DNA of 64,000 nucleotides, taken from the NCBI GenBank assembly GCA_965153355.1, contig OZ231126.1, forward strand, positions 23,932,001-23,996,000, given 5' to 3'. Under the pieces are notes generated by a model that was not told the origin of the DNA, made no database searches, and saw only the letters and a list, made by a program, of their open reading frames with translations. The position numbers were made by a program, and so were the translations under genes. This DNA is from Flaccisagitta enflata. Taxonomy: Eukaryota. Shown here piece after piece: positions 27,263 to 39,217 of the stretch (position 1 is its first letter; each line of letters starts with the position of its first letter).

Positions 27263-27888
27263 GGCAGAGACAGAGACAGAGACAGAGACAGTCAGAAACA
27301 GATAGACAGACAATCAGACAATCGAACAGAAAAAGAGAGAAGCGGAGGATGAGGTAGCTGCAGTTATGCCATTTTTTGCCGGATATCTAATTTCCAAAAT
27401 ATTTCTTTACGATGCATGATCATTACGCTACGCGAGTTGCCTTATTGCCATATCATTCTTTTGCGCTTTCTCCTTTTGGAATGAGGCGACACTGATGATT
27501 TGATTTTGCCCATCTGAATTTCTTGCCCGACAGCAAGTCATCAAAAAAAAAAAAAAGATCTTTTTCATCATTTTCCTTTTAATTTGTTTTTGGAAGGTCA
27601 ATTAGGCCCTTTCCTATACTCTACCCTTCAGAAACGATCATGAAACAAAGATGTTTCATTCCACTAAAAAGAAAACAAAATAAAACGGGCATGACCCTCT
27701 CCTTTCTTGTGCCAGAGAACAGACAGATTTAGGTAACGCTGTAAGACTTCAAACTGAAAAAAATTTCTCAAAGCAAACAAAGAATAGAATGGAATAGAAA
27801 GTTCTAGGAAAGCAGAAGCTGGAGGAAAGGAAAGCAAAAAAAGCTTAAGTAGAGCGAAAAAAGCTAGACAAAAGCGGAATAGAAATCG

Positions 27889-27928
<40 letters not shown>

Positions 27929-28409
27929 CTGAAGTCAAGAAAGCGAACAAAATCTCATCTTCGGGCGAATTTTGTGAGTCAAATAATGTTGGAAAAATTC
28001 GGCATTGAAGAAAATTCCAAGGGTCCTTTTAACCCTCTAACTCATAACTCACGTTTCTCCAAAAAATCAAGTTTACTCCACTTAAATTTGAACCGAGAAA
28101 TTGGGGTCATTTTTACGCGGGGGAAAATTTGAATTTGAATACGCGCGAGAGACTCGCCAAGAAAAAAAAAACAGTATTCATTTTTTCTATTTTTTTCTAT
28201 TTTTCTTTTTTCCCTTTTTTGCACCATTTCTGTCTTTGTTCCTGACTTTAAAAGAGTCATTGTCCATCCGTCCGACTGTCCTTCGGTTCGTCTGTCCATA
28301 ATGAGGGAAGTTGGACGCCCCAGCCCACCCGTCCACAATGATATTATAACCTTGCATTATTTGTCTGTATCTTTTGTTCCTTTGTTATAACATGAAAACC
28401 TGAAAATTC

Positions 28410-28687
28410 AACTGATTCATTCAATCATTCGTTCGTTCGTTCATTCATTCATTCATTCATTCATTCATTTATTCATTTAATCATTCATTTATTTATTCAT
28501 TCACTTCGTCCGTTCATTCATTTTTTCATTCATTCATTCATTCATTCATTCATTCATTCATTCATTCATTCATTCATTCATTCATTCATTCACTCATTCA
28601 TTCATTCGTTCATTCATTCATTCATTCATTCATTCATTCATTCATACGTTCGAACTATCTGGACTATCTGTGTTTCCTATCTTTCAT

Positions 28688-28774
<87 letters not shown>

Positions 28775-28780
28775 CCTTTT
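28410..28780. repeat. (ATTC)n followed by (CTTT)n microsatellites
   Basis: Directly visible. Confidence 0.92.
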
Positions 28781-28879
28781 CACTCCATCGCCGTCGGCCG
28801 AAAGGTCGCGTGAAATTTTGCGTTAATGACTGATATGCGAAGGTCAAAGTCCTTCCATCGTTTCGGGTCGAAAAGCATA

Positions 28880-29090
28880 CAAACGCGAGTAGAGAGAGTG
28901 CATGCGCGTGCACACGCAAAACGCGAGTAGAGAGCGTGCAAAACGCATGCACACGCAAACCGCGAGTAGAAAGCGTGGAAAACGCATACGCGTGCAAAAC
29001 GCATGCACACGCAAATCGCGAGTAGAGAGCGTGCATACCGCATACACACGCAAAACGCATGCACGTGCAACGCGTGCATGCGCGTGCATA
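28880..29090. repeat. CpG-rich ~39-bp minisatellite (AAACGCGAGTAGAGAGCGTGCAAAACGCATGCACACGCA)
   Basis: About 5 degenerate tandem units. Confidence 0.8.
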
Positions 29091-29479
29091 ACAAACTCAA
29101 GGCGCGGTTACACGCAAAATATGAGCAGACGAAAACACGAGACCACAAAAGACGAGAAAGAATACACACACAAACATGATCGTGGGCAGATTCGGTGATT
29201 CATGCCGTCGCGCGATCGCCAAAAAAACATGGCAAAAGAACCGAATACTCGAATTGTCATGTCTGAAATTCAAATCTGGTAAAAGATCATTTTTTTAACG
29301 AAACAAAGCGGCGGAAACCAAAACCTGGATCAATTCAAAATCAGTTAAAACTGGAGCCACAAATGAAAACAACACCAGCACGACAGCACAATAATCCTAA
29401 GAAACAAACATTAACTGTTCTCCGTCTTCAGTATAATCATGAGCATCAGAGCTACGTCTACAATCGTGAAAACGAAACA

Positions 29480-29621
29480 TTTTTAGTCGCGGACACGCGA
29501 CTCTATAAGCCACTTTTCTCTTCGTCGGTCGGTCCGTCCATCGGTCACAAAGTCACTTTTCGAGGTTTTCCGCTCCTGCCCACCCGTTCGCGACTTATGC
29601 TGCCGTGTATACGGCCTTGTT
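29480..29621 (+). mobile_element. HINE/DINE-1-like element, family A; other copies at 37741-37933(-), 51760-51990(+), 54363-54546(+), 54888-55031(-), 62185-62317(+), degenerate ~23090-23335(-) and ~50980-51152(-)
   Basis: TTTTAGTCGCG-gaca-CGCGACT 5' subTIR plus inverted repeat, GTCG/GTCC microsatellite, 3' CGCGACT plus GCCGTGTATACGGC hairpin plus CTTGTT; T-run insertion sites, no TSD. Confidence 0.75.
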
Positions 29622-29741
29622 TTTTCGAACCACAAAAACTACGATTTTGAGTGAGACCCGTCGCTCAAAATTTTTGACTCCCAAAGGAAAAATCAGCATA
29701 AAATGTATATCGTCATTCAGAAAATGACATTTGAGGTATGC

Positions 29742-29878
<137 letters not shown>

Positions 29879-31399
29879 TTTCCTCCCAAGGCGCTGCATG
29901 CGTGATCAGGCTTTTTATTCCATTCCATTTCGGGAAATTCCTTTTTTCTTTTTTTCTTTGAGTCTCCCACGGAATGCTTTGATATTCAACAAAGAAAAGA
30001 AAACGTCAGAAAAAGTAAGAAATTTTTCAAAAGAAATTCCCGTCTCTCATTGGTCGCCCAAACTACCGACTATCGAACCAATGAGAATCCTCGGAGATAT
30101 TTTCCCCTGGTGACGCATTTCTCATCCGACGCGGACTCTCAAAAGCCAAGAACAGGTGGAAAATGGAAACTGAGAAATGATTTTTCATGATGGATTTTCT
30201 TTTTTTGTGATGGAAAGCAGAAAAACCACATTTATTCACCGATTCATTTTCCCTCCTATCTTACCGTTCCTTCACTTTTTCCTTTCTCCTTTTACCTTAC
30301 GTACCTCTTCTATCATTTTCTGAATCTTCTCCTTCTGCTTTGTATGCTTCTTACTTTTCTCCTTTCTCCTAAATTTTCCTTCTCTTCATCTTCTTATTGT
30401 TTCCTCCTTTCTTTGTGACATTTTCTTTCTTCCTTTACCATGCGTACTTCTTCTTTCAATTTCTAGAATCTTCTCCTTCTGCTTTGTAAACTTCTTTCTT
30501 TATTCTTTCTTCTAAATTTCTTTCATCTATTATCTATTTCTTCCTTTTAATCTTCTTCCTGTACTTCTCTCCTTTACCTGTGACTTTGTTTCACTTCACT
30601 GTCGATAGCAACGGGAACGATTATCATGTGGCGTAAGTGGCGATGGTTCGTTACTTATGAAAATTATAAAACGATGGCATTGACACGTCGCAAATGGCAG
30701 TTTTGTGGCAGCGCAGAAGTGGCAAAAAGATATGCAAATGAAGGGTAAGACGTTGGCTGATTGCGGTTGGTGGCGGTGATTTGTGGCGGGTGGCCTCCTG
30801 TGTCGGTGGTTTGTGGCGGATGGCGGTCGGCGGTGGTGGTTTGCGGCGGTAGGCGGTGGTAGTTATTGGCGGTTGGCGGTCGGCGGTGGTGTTTGTGGCG
30901 GGCGGCTGTCGGTGGCGGTGGTTTGTGGTTGTTAGATGAGTTTTTGGGTTTGTGAAAAATAGATTTGTTTCTCTCTGAGGTTTCCATCTCCTTTTCCGTC
31001 TGTTGGCGTCGACAAAAAAGAACGTTTGCGCGCAAATCTGACAGAAATAATCTCAGTTTCCGCTTTAATCAGAAGTTGGCGTGTATTTGAGCGTAGTGCT
31101 TGTAATAGCAGGCTAATTGATAGTAGAACGACTACCAGACATCCCAAAATTCCGAATTCATATACAGCAGTAATATGCCATTTTCCATTGACGACCCTAC
31201 CTGGTCGCGTTACGCATCCGGTCTGCACAAAGGGACAAGTGGTCATTCAGCCTTGCATTTGGGGCCCGCGCCCGGGGGCCGCTTTAAGTAATCAGCTCGC
31301 AACACGCACATCAGAAATCAATAAGCAATATGCAAATGAGCTTTTTGCGTTAAAGCCGTAAAAGTTTGGGTAGATTTACTACACGCGCGCACGCACGCG

Positions 31400-31541
<142 letters not shown>

Positions 31542-31716
31542 GCATAGTGTGGGACGGTGGAAACGGAGATGATGGTAATGGTGATAAAGTATCGAGTTGC
31601 GTAATGCCACCGTAATCGGCCAAGTCATCGAGGCCACCGCGGTCAAGCCGGTCAAGGCTGGAGGTCGGTGATTAAACTCTTCCCTTCTCTCCTCTTTACT
31701 TCCGGTACATCAATTC

Positions 31717-31776
<60 letters not shown>

Positions 31777-32720
31777 TCTCTTCTATTATGCCTCGTCTCC
31801 CTCGTCTCCCTCCTCTCCTCCTTTTCCCCTCATCTTCGTCCACTGGATTCCTTTTCTTTCACTTTCTCTTCCCTCTTAACCACTGTCATCCTGATCGGTG
31901 GGATTGTGTAAAACGATCTCAAGCCCATGGAATTCAAGTTTGTGTTGATTCTTATTCTTCATATCTTATCATGGTAACTTATCATAACTTATGCGTTTTG
32001 GGCAGGTAATGAAGGGGGCCTAGGAATTATGATAAGCTAAATTGGTTTCATAATTCTGATAATCAACTGATTCCATGAAAACCCAATAACGAGCGTTCCT
32101 ACGCCCTGTCCATCTCCTCTCTTTTCTCTTTCGTTTTTGTTCATTTACCTCTGCACATCCATCACTACAAATAAATTCCTCCAACTGATTCTCCCTCCTG
32201 TCCTTCCTTTCTGCTCCTCCTCTTCCGTCAGTCTAGACAAGAGTTCAATGAGAGGCAATTGATTTTCTCGACGGGGTGCCACGCGTAGCCTGAGGGAAGG
32301 GGAGAAGCAGAGGGGGGGGGGGTAGGGCAAACCGCGTAGCCGTCGAAAATCGTGACTTCTCGTGATGATCCATCTCATATTATATTTCTGGAGGTTTGTG
32401 ACGTTTCTTGTCAATTTCCAAGATTAAATCCCTTTCATCATTTGGTAATAAAAGGCGTTTTCATTTTTGTTTTGTAAGCATAAACACTCATTTCTTCTTG
32501 GCCCCTTGTGTTGTTTTGTCTGTCTAATGTCTATCATCCTGTTGGCTTGATTGTACATCTCTCTTTTCATTTCGCTGTCTTTCTCTTAAACCGTCGAAAA
32601 GAGATAGAAAAAGTCGGCACTGAAAAAGCTTTACTTCAAAAAAGTGCAACCAAAAACCAAAGAGTGAATCCAATGCGACGAGTGAATCGAAGTTCGATTT
32701 GTCTTTGTCACGACGCTTCT

Positions 32721-32880
32721 GATCACATGATCGATGAGACAGATCACGTGAAGGATTCCGATGCTCACGTGACCCAAGCCGACGATCAGGTGATCATCGG
32801 AAGCGATCACGTGATCAGTTGGAAGCGGTCATGTGATCATCGGAAGCGATCATGTGATATTCGGAAGCGGTCACGTGATC
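32721..32880. repeat. Eight 21-bp-spaced units centred on E-box-like TCA(C/T/G)(G/A)TGA cores
   Basis: Cores at 32721, 32742, 32763, 32784, 32805, 32827, 32848, 32869. Confidence 0.8.
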
Positions 32881-33914
32881 AATCGGCCAGACTCAAAGTC
32901 ACGCCGACGACTGTCTGGACGCGGAGATGAAAATGAGGCGCAAAACCGCGATGGACAAATCCATGAGAATCGAGAATTGGCTTTCGATGTATACACACAT
33001 CAGACTTAGGTCCGGCCAAAACCGCGATGGACAAATCCATGAAAATTGGCTTTCAATGTGAATGCATGATAGGTTTAAAATCAGTGCATTGCCAGCTAAA
33101 ACAGTGATTGAAATTGACATTCAATGTACGCACACTTTGGTCATCAAAGAGAGCAGCTTCAGACAAAACCATGATGGATAAATTCGCTTTTAATTCAAGA
33201 GCAGGTTAGCCTACAGTAAGCAAGACAAGCCACGGAGAAACATTTGCTCTTTTCCGGGAAAAACGAAGCTTCTGAAAAGAAAGAAAAAAACCACACAGCT
33301 AAACGGTTTTACTACCCAGAGCAAAAGTCTTCGTCCACCTGAGCTAAAAACTGATTTAATAAAAAGATATGGTTAAATTAATTCATATCATTGTTAAAAT
33401 ACTTCATCTAACTTCCTGCCAGGGCAACACTTTCTTCTATGGGTCACTGTGATGATTTATGAGGCTTCTGAAGGTAATCTATCAGGCCTTGTCACATAAC
33501 ATCATGTGCAATTTTATGTCAGTTTCTTTATAGTTGTAGGTTATCTTTTAGATCATCTTGATCCAAGAATTCTTTGGGGATTTATGTTGTAGTGAATTGT
33601 ACTAGTACCCCCTGAACTTTTTTCAGCCACCAGTGTTTGTTCAGTCAATTTTTTCATGTCCAGACAAGCAAGTGTATAGGACGCAGTGAAATTAAAGTAA
33701 GAGGAATTTACCCAGAGGTCAGAGTTGCCGTTTGCTTTAATATTTTTGCTTAGGTTGATGCTTGTTTTGTTTGTTTTTTGTACTTAAATGTGTAAACTTA
33801 CATGAGGAAATCGATCTGTCACTGTCAAATGACAAAGATGCTATAAGATTGAAGGAAATTTGATTCTGATGAGACTAAAAAGGTAAAGAAATAGGGTCAA
33901 TCTTTTCCCTAACT

Positions 33915-34063
33915 GCTCACTGAAAATTTTAAATTTGCATAAAAAATCCAAATATCATCAAAATAAGAACATAGCGCCCTCAGTTTATGTCTTAGGAATC
34001 GCGCTATGTTCTGGTTTTGTTGATATTTTGATTTTCTATGCAAATTTAAAATTTTCAATGAGC
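33915..34063. repeat. ~150-bp imperfect palindrome (hairpin)
   Basis: GCTCACTGAAAATTTTAAATTTGCATA...TATGCAAATTTAAAATTTTCAATGAGC; inner arms AGAACATAGCGC / GCGCTATGTTCT. Confidence 0.8.
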
Positions 34064-34796
34064 CATGGTACATTGACAAAATAAGTTATTTATTGTATTT
34101 CACATATTTTTTCAGCTGTAAAATAAAGGATTGGAATTTAAAACTGGCATATGCAAGTCAATTCATGCAAAATATGGCTGTTGACAGTTTAATTGAAAAC
34201 ATAAAAACAAAAATTGTCATTAAATTTCATTTTATAAATTTCATGACTTATCTATCTCGGGTAGCGAATTCTATGGTAATTTTCAGTGCGTCATAGCAAG
34301 ACAGATAACATAAAAAAATCTCTCAATTCATTTCATGAATTTCAAAAATGACAAACCAACTTTAAATTGCTTTCATTTCTAAATGCTTTGAGCTACCAGA
34401 ATGAGATTGAACTCATATGAAAGAGTTTTTGATACTGTTTTCAGATCTCACCAATTTTTTTTTCAACCTATAATAGGCTATCCATGCTTTTATGTGGACA
34501 AAGACTGATGCTCTAGGTAGTATATGTTGTCGTATCGACACGCAAAGTATCGAATTTATCCACATTTAAAACACATGACGCATTACCTAGGTGGCCGCCT
34601 ATACCACCCGCAAAAGACTGTATGTGACCTTTGGTACCAGGGGTACCATTGAACTACTCAGCTTTGATTGTCCGCTTGTCGCGTTGGTTCGTCCAACTCC
34701 CCGCGCCCATGAGACTAAAGTCTAAGATCTTCTAACGGAAAACTCCTAAACATTTCTGTAACCGCAACTGACGTGCTCCATGATCTTTCGCATGTC

Positions 34797-35534
34797 AAAC
34801 AAGGCCGGATACACGGGCCAAGACGGTGCGCCGGTCGTTTTATATTCTTAGACCTATCCCTAGCTCCATCAGACCTATCCCTAGCTCTAAAAGACCTATC
34901 TCTAGCTCTATCAGTCCTATCCCGAGCTCTATCAAGCCTATCCTATCCCCAATTCTATCATACCTGTGCCGAGCTCTATTAGACCTATCCCAAGCTCTAT
35001 TAGACCTATCCTGAGCTCTATCAGACCTATCCCTAGCTCTAAAAGACCTATCTCTAGCTCTATCAGTCCTATCCCGAGCTCTATCAAGCCTATCCTATCC
35101 CCAATTCTATCATACCTATGCCGAGCTCTATTAGACCTATCACAAGCTCTATCAGACCCATCCCCTGCTCTATCAGACCTATCCCCACACCTATCCGACC
35201 TATCACTAGACCTATCCGACCTATCCCCAGCTCCATCAGACCTAACCGTTGCTGATTATTTTAGTGAACGACAAGTATCATCATTGATGAACAGTTTTCA
35301 ATTGATTTCAAACATTTTCAACGATTTTTCATTCGAGCGTGACCGACGGATGGACGGACGGACAGAGCCTCTTATAGAGTTGCTATGGCGCATCTGGGAA
35401 TTATCCTAGCATTTTTTCTGAATCTTTTCCAGTGATTTTTGCTTCTTTTTGAGATTTTCAACTCGAGCGTTACCGACCAACCGACCGACCGACAGACAGA
35501 GCTAGTTATAGAGGTGCTATGGCGCACCTAAAAA
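34797..35534 (-). mobile_element. HINE-like element with a 21-bp central minisatellite (CTATCAGACCTATCCCTAGCT)
   Basis: AACAAGGCCGGATACACGG(G)CC hairpin end, GACC/GACG microsatellite, AGAGGTGCTATGGCGCACCTAAAAA end. Confidence 0.72.
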
Positions 35535-35672
35535 TGGCGAGAGCAAGGGTGTTTTTTATTCTTTTTATTTTTTTTGTCTCTGCTTTCATAAACCATCCAC
35601 AAATCAATGATACGTTCATTTCTGTTTGTCGATTTGTTCGCTAGCTTTCTGTTTGTCGATTTGTTCGTTAGC

Positions 35673-35761
<89 letters not shown>

Positions 35762-35841
35762 CGTGCAGGCGTGCGTGCGTGTGTGTGTGTGTGTGTGCTC
35801 TTAGTGTTAAGACCATTCTTTTACAAGAGATCCAGCTGCGG

Positions 35842-36319
35842 TCAAGCTGGTTTCATCCACATGTAAGCCTCCGAGAGAATATACCAATCAGATTCACCAG
35901 GGCGACCTTCCCTGTTGAGCCCTATTGAAGGATTACGTTGTTGTGGACACGTCAAACAAATAAAGGCAGCATCCGGTCCCAGCCACCATCCCACACCCCT
36001 TTCAGCAGCATTTCCCCAGTTCACGCCACTGATTTTTCTATCCCACGTTTGAAAAGCCTGCTTATTACTATGTTTCCACACTGGCAACTTCCCAAAATTT
36101 TTTTCGTTGATCAGTTCGCCAAGTTGATATGGAAGTTCCGCAATTTCTGGCCCGACGGTGAAGTTGTCCCATTCAGCTTCGCCAAAAGTCCCCGCCTTTA
36201 AATCCGCAATCTTATCACCCCAATCATCATGAATTCGATCGTATTTCACGCGGACTTTCAACGTCCATCTCCCCTTCGATGATATTCTATGCATCTTCTC
36301 TAGACCGAGCCAAAAAAAT
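35842..36319 (-). CDS. Terminal exon of fibrinogen-related-domain (FReD/FREP-like) gene
   Basis: Acceptor ttatcaaacAG; reads FFWLGLEKMHRIS...GEAEWDNFTVGPE...FQTWDR...GVGWW...EAYMWMKPA*, matching the FReD motifs FWLGLEKIH, AEYDNFxVGPE, FSTxDR, GWW, MxIRP. Confidence 0.88.
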
Positions 36320-36608
36320 CTGTTTGATAAGAAAGCAGGCCAAAAGAAATGGATTTAATTCATTTCGCCGAAATACAACAAAAGATCTTTATCGAAATTT
36401 GATGAATGCTAGAAGAATGATTTCTCCCTACAGTAGAGAGTGTGAGACTACGTATGAAAAGAAAACAGGCAGGCACTACTCCATTAAAATTGCGTACTAC
36501 AATTAGAAGCTAATAATTGTTGTTGTCATTACCCAATATCCATATCCTAAGGGGTTAGCAAACCGGTAGCTAGGCCATATACGTCCTACTTCACTTCTTT
36601 TGTCAGTG

Positions 36609-36798
<190 letters not shown>

Positions 36799-36849
36799 CG
36801 TAATGACTCTTTAATCAAGAACAATGTAGCTTTTATACTTCCTTGTGGC

Positions 36850-37421
36850 CAGGCCCGGCCAGAGGGGGGGGTCACCCCCCTCTAAGAAGGGGGGCCCAGG
36901 AAGGCCCCTGAAATGAGAGAGAAATTAAAAAAAAGAAAAAGAAAAGAAAAAAAAGAAGAAAGGAGAAAAAAAAAAGAAGAAGAAAAGAAAAAGAAATGAA
37001 AAAAAAAAAGAAAAGAAAAGAAAATAGAAAAAGAAATAGAGAAAAAAAAGTTTATTTAGTCTATTCAGACAGCCCAGTTAAACAAATTTTGATATGATCA
37101 GCTTTTACCGTTGGACTTTATTAACGCCGGCTCAATGCTACAATTCCATGTCTCATTTTAAAGATACAGTGGATAGTGTTTTTAAATGAGCCCCTAATTC
37201 GACTATTATAAATGTGACAAACAATTCTAATGGGTAGTTATTGTGATCTGGATGAAATTGATGGTATTGAAAGTAAATAAAATATAAAATTAAAGGTATT
37301 ATGTAGAATCTACATAACATGTAGATAAAGATATTTTAGAGATAATGTATGAAGAGGGGGGTTAGGGGGGCCCAGGCAAGGGGGTCAAAGGGGGGGCCCG
37401 CCATTTTTCTGACCGGGCCTG
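36850..37421. mobile_element. hAT-like MITE in the FReD gene intron
   Basis: TIRs CAGGCCCGGCCAGA / TCTGACCGGGCCTG; perfect 8-bp TSD CTTGTGGC (36842-36849, 37422-37429). Confidence 0.9.
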
Positions 37422-37450
37422 CTTGTGGCTATCTCTATCTCTTTTAAAGG

Positions 37451-37619
<169 letters not shown>

Positions 37620-37946
37620 TGTGTGTCTGTGTGTCTGTGTGCTCAATATGACTCTTTAATCAAGAACAATGAAGCTTTTTTACTTCCTTGTGGCTATCTC
37701 TTTTGGAGGTTTCAGAAAAAAAATGCCGTTCTTAAAAAGTCAACAAGGCCGGATACGACGGCTACCATAGTCGCGTGCAGGTGGGCAGGGGTAGTGATGG
37801 AGAAGGTCACTGGGGCGTTTGGGCAGCAGCAGTAAGCACAAAAAGCTTTAAAACACCGAAAAAGTAAAAGGGGGACCAACCGACCGACCGACCGACATAG
37901 CGGGATGTTGAGTCGTGTACACGCAATTAAAAAGTGTAATCCTCAC

Positions 37947-38079
37947 CTATCACTAGGAGTTCCGAATCCGTCCTTGAATTCGATCCATCGTTGTTTACTT
38001 TCAATATCGCCATCTTTGCCCCATACGTGTTTTAACGTTGTTATTGACTGGGGTATTCTTCCTGGTGTCGAGGTGGTCC
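37947..38079 (-). CDS. Internal exon of the FReD gene
   Basis: AG...GT(GAGG) boundaries; encodes TTSTPGRIPQSITTLKHVWGKDGDIESKQRWIEFKDGFGTPSD (WxEYKxGFG motif); phase-2 end joins the 36319 exon in frame; acceptor position less certain. Confidence 0.8.
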
Positions 38080-38494
38080 CTGTTCAAGCAAAACTCCGCT
38101 GGCTGTGGTAAAGATTTATACATTGTGCTTTTAAAATAGTTATTTATTAAAGTTACTATATCCGTGGATTTTTTTGCTATCTTTAAAATAGAAAAAGAAT
38201 AAACCCATTTTCAATGCAGATTTTACTAAGTTATATTGACTAATTTGGGATTCCATATTGTTTATTCTTGCCAAATTTCCTTCCATTTGATGGGTTTCAC
38301 TCTATACTTTTGTATTAAGATTTGAAATAACATTTTTTTTGTCACCGCTACATATAGTACTAAGTTCGTAATGGTGGCTCCGAAATTGAAAATTCTATTT
38401 CCGCATTGAACCATATTGTGCGATTTATCAATTGAAAAGAAATTTGCAAGGATTAACAATATTTCTTCAACTAGGCGGATATTAAGTCGGGATG

Positions 38495-38845
38495 GCAGAA
38501 TTTAGTCCAAAAGAGCAGATTTGTGGTTTGGGGGGCGGGCTTGAGGCCTTGAGGCCTGAATTGATTTGAGGCCTAGAGGGCAGATTTGAGGTCTGGAGGG
38601 CGGATTTGAGGTCTTGAGAGCAGAATTTAGCTCTCAAGGGCTAAATTGAGGTCTGAAAGGGCTTATTTGAGGGCTCAGAGGGCCAAAATCAGGCCTAAGA
38701 CTGCAGACTTGAGGCTCCAATGGCCAAGGGGGGGGGGACGGAAGGACGGAAGGATGAACGTACGGAAGGACGGATGGACGGACGTCTCGAAATCTCCCCC
38801 TGTGTCCTACAGGACATCGGCCCTTTGGGGCCGCTGCCCAAAAAA
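38495..38845 (-). mobile_element. Truncated HINE-like family B copy
   Basis: GATTTGAGG repeats, GACG microsatellite, CCCTTTGGGGCCGCTGCCCAAAAAA end (the same end is at 1-22). Confidence 0.6.
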
Positions 38846-39217
38846 CGAGTCTTCACAACTCTGCATTAAAAATATATAAAGAAACCCTTTCTTGAATCTT
38901 CTCTCTGTCTCCCCGTTTCTCAGCTCTACGTCCCGCCCTGAGGAGACCCGCCTGTGAGACCCCAAATCAGACTTCCAGTACTTGAATCATGGATCATTGA
39001 ACGAACTCGTTACCCAACCGACCGACCAACCGACAGATGGACACAGCCAGTTATAGAGGTGCTTTGTCGCACCTAAAAAGCATGAAAAGCATATTTCTAG
39101 TCGGCCTAGAGTCTGATGAACTTTCATCTGTCCATACTCCATACACACTACTATATAATATAATGGTGGGCAAATCAAGCTCTATATTAGACATCTGGCA
39201 AAATACGTACTGCTGTA

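Noticed and set aside
39090-39213. YVFCQM reading resembling the FReD VxCDM motif
   Set aside because: No consistent splice sites or downstream GGWT motif; likely chance, although relevant if the gene is a decayed pseudogene.
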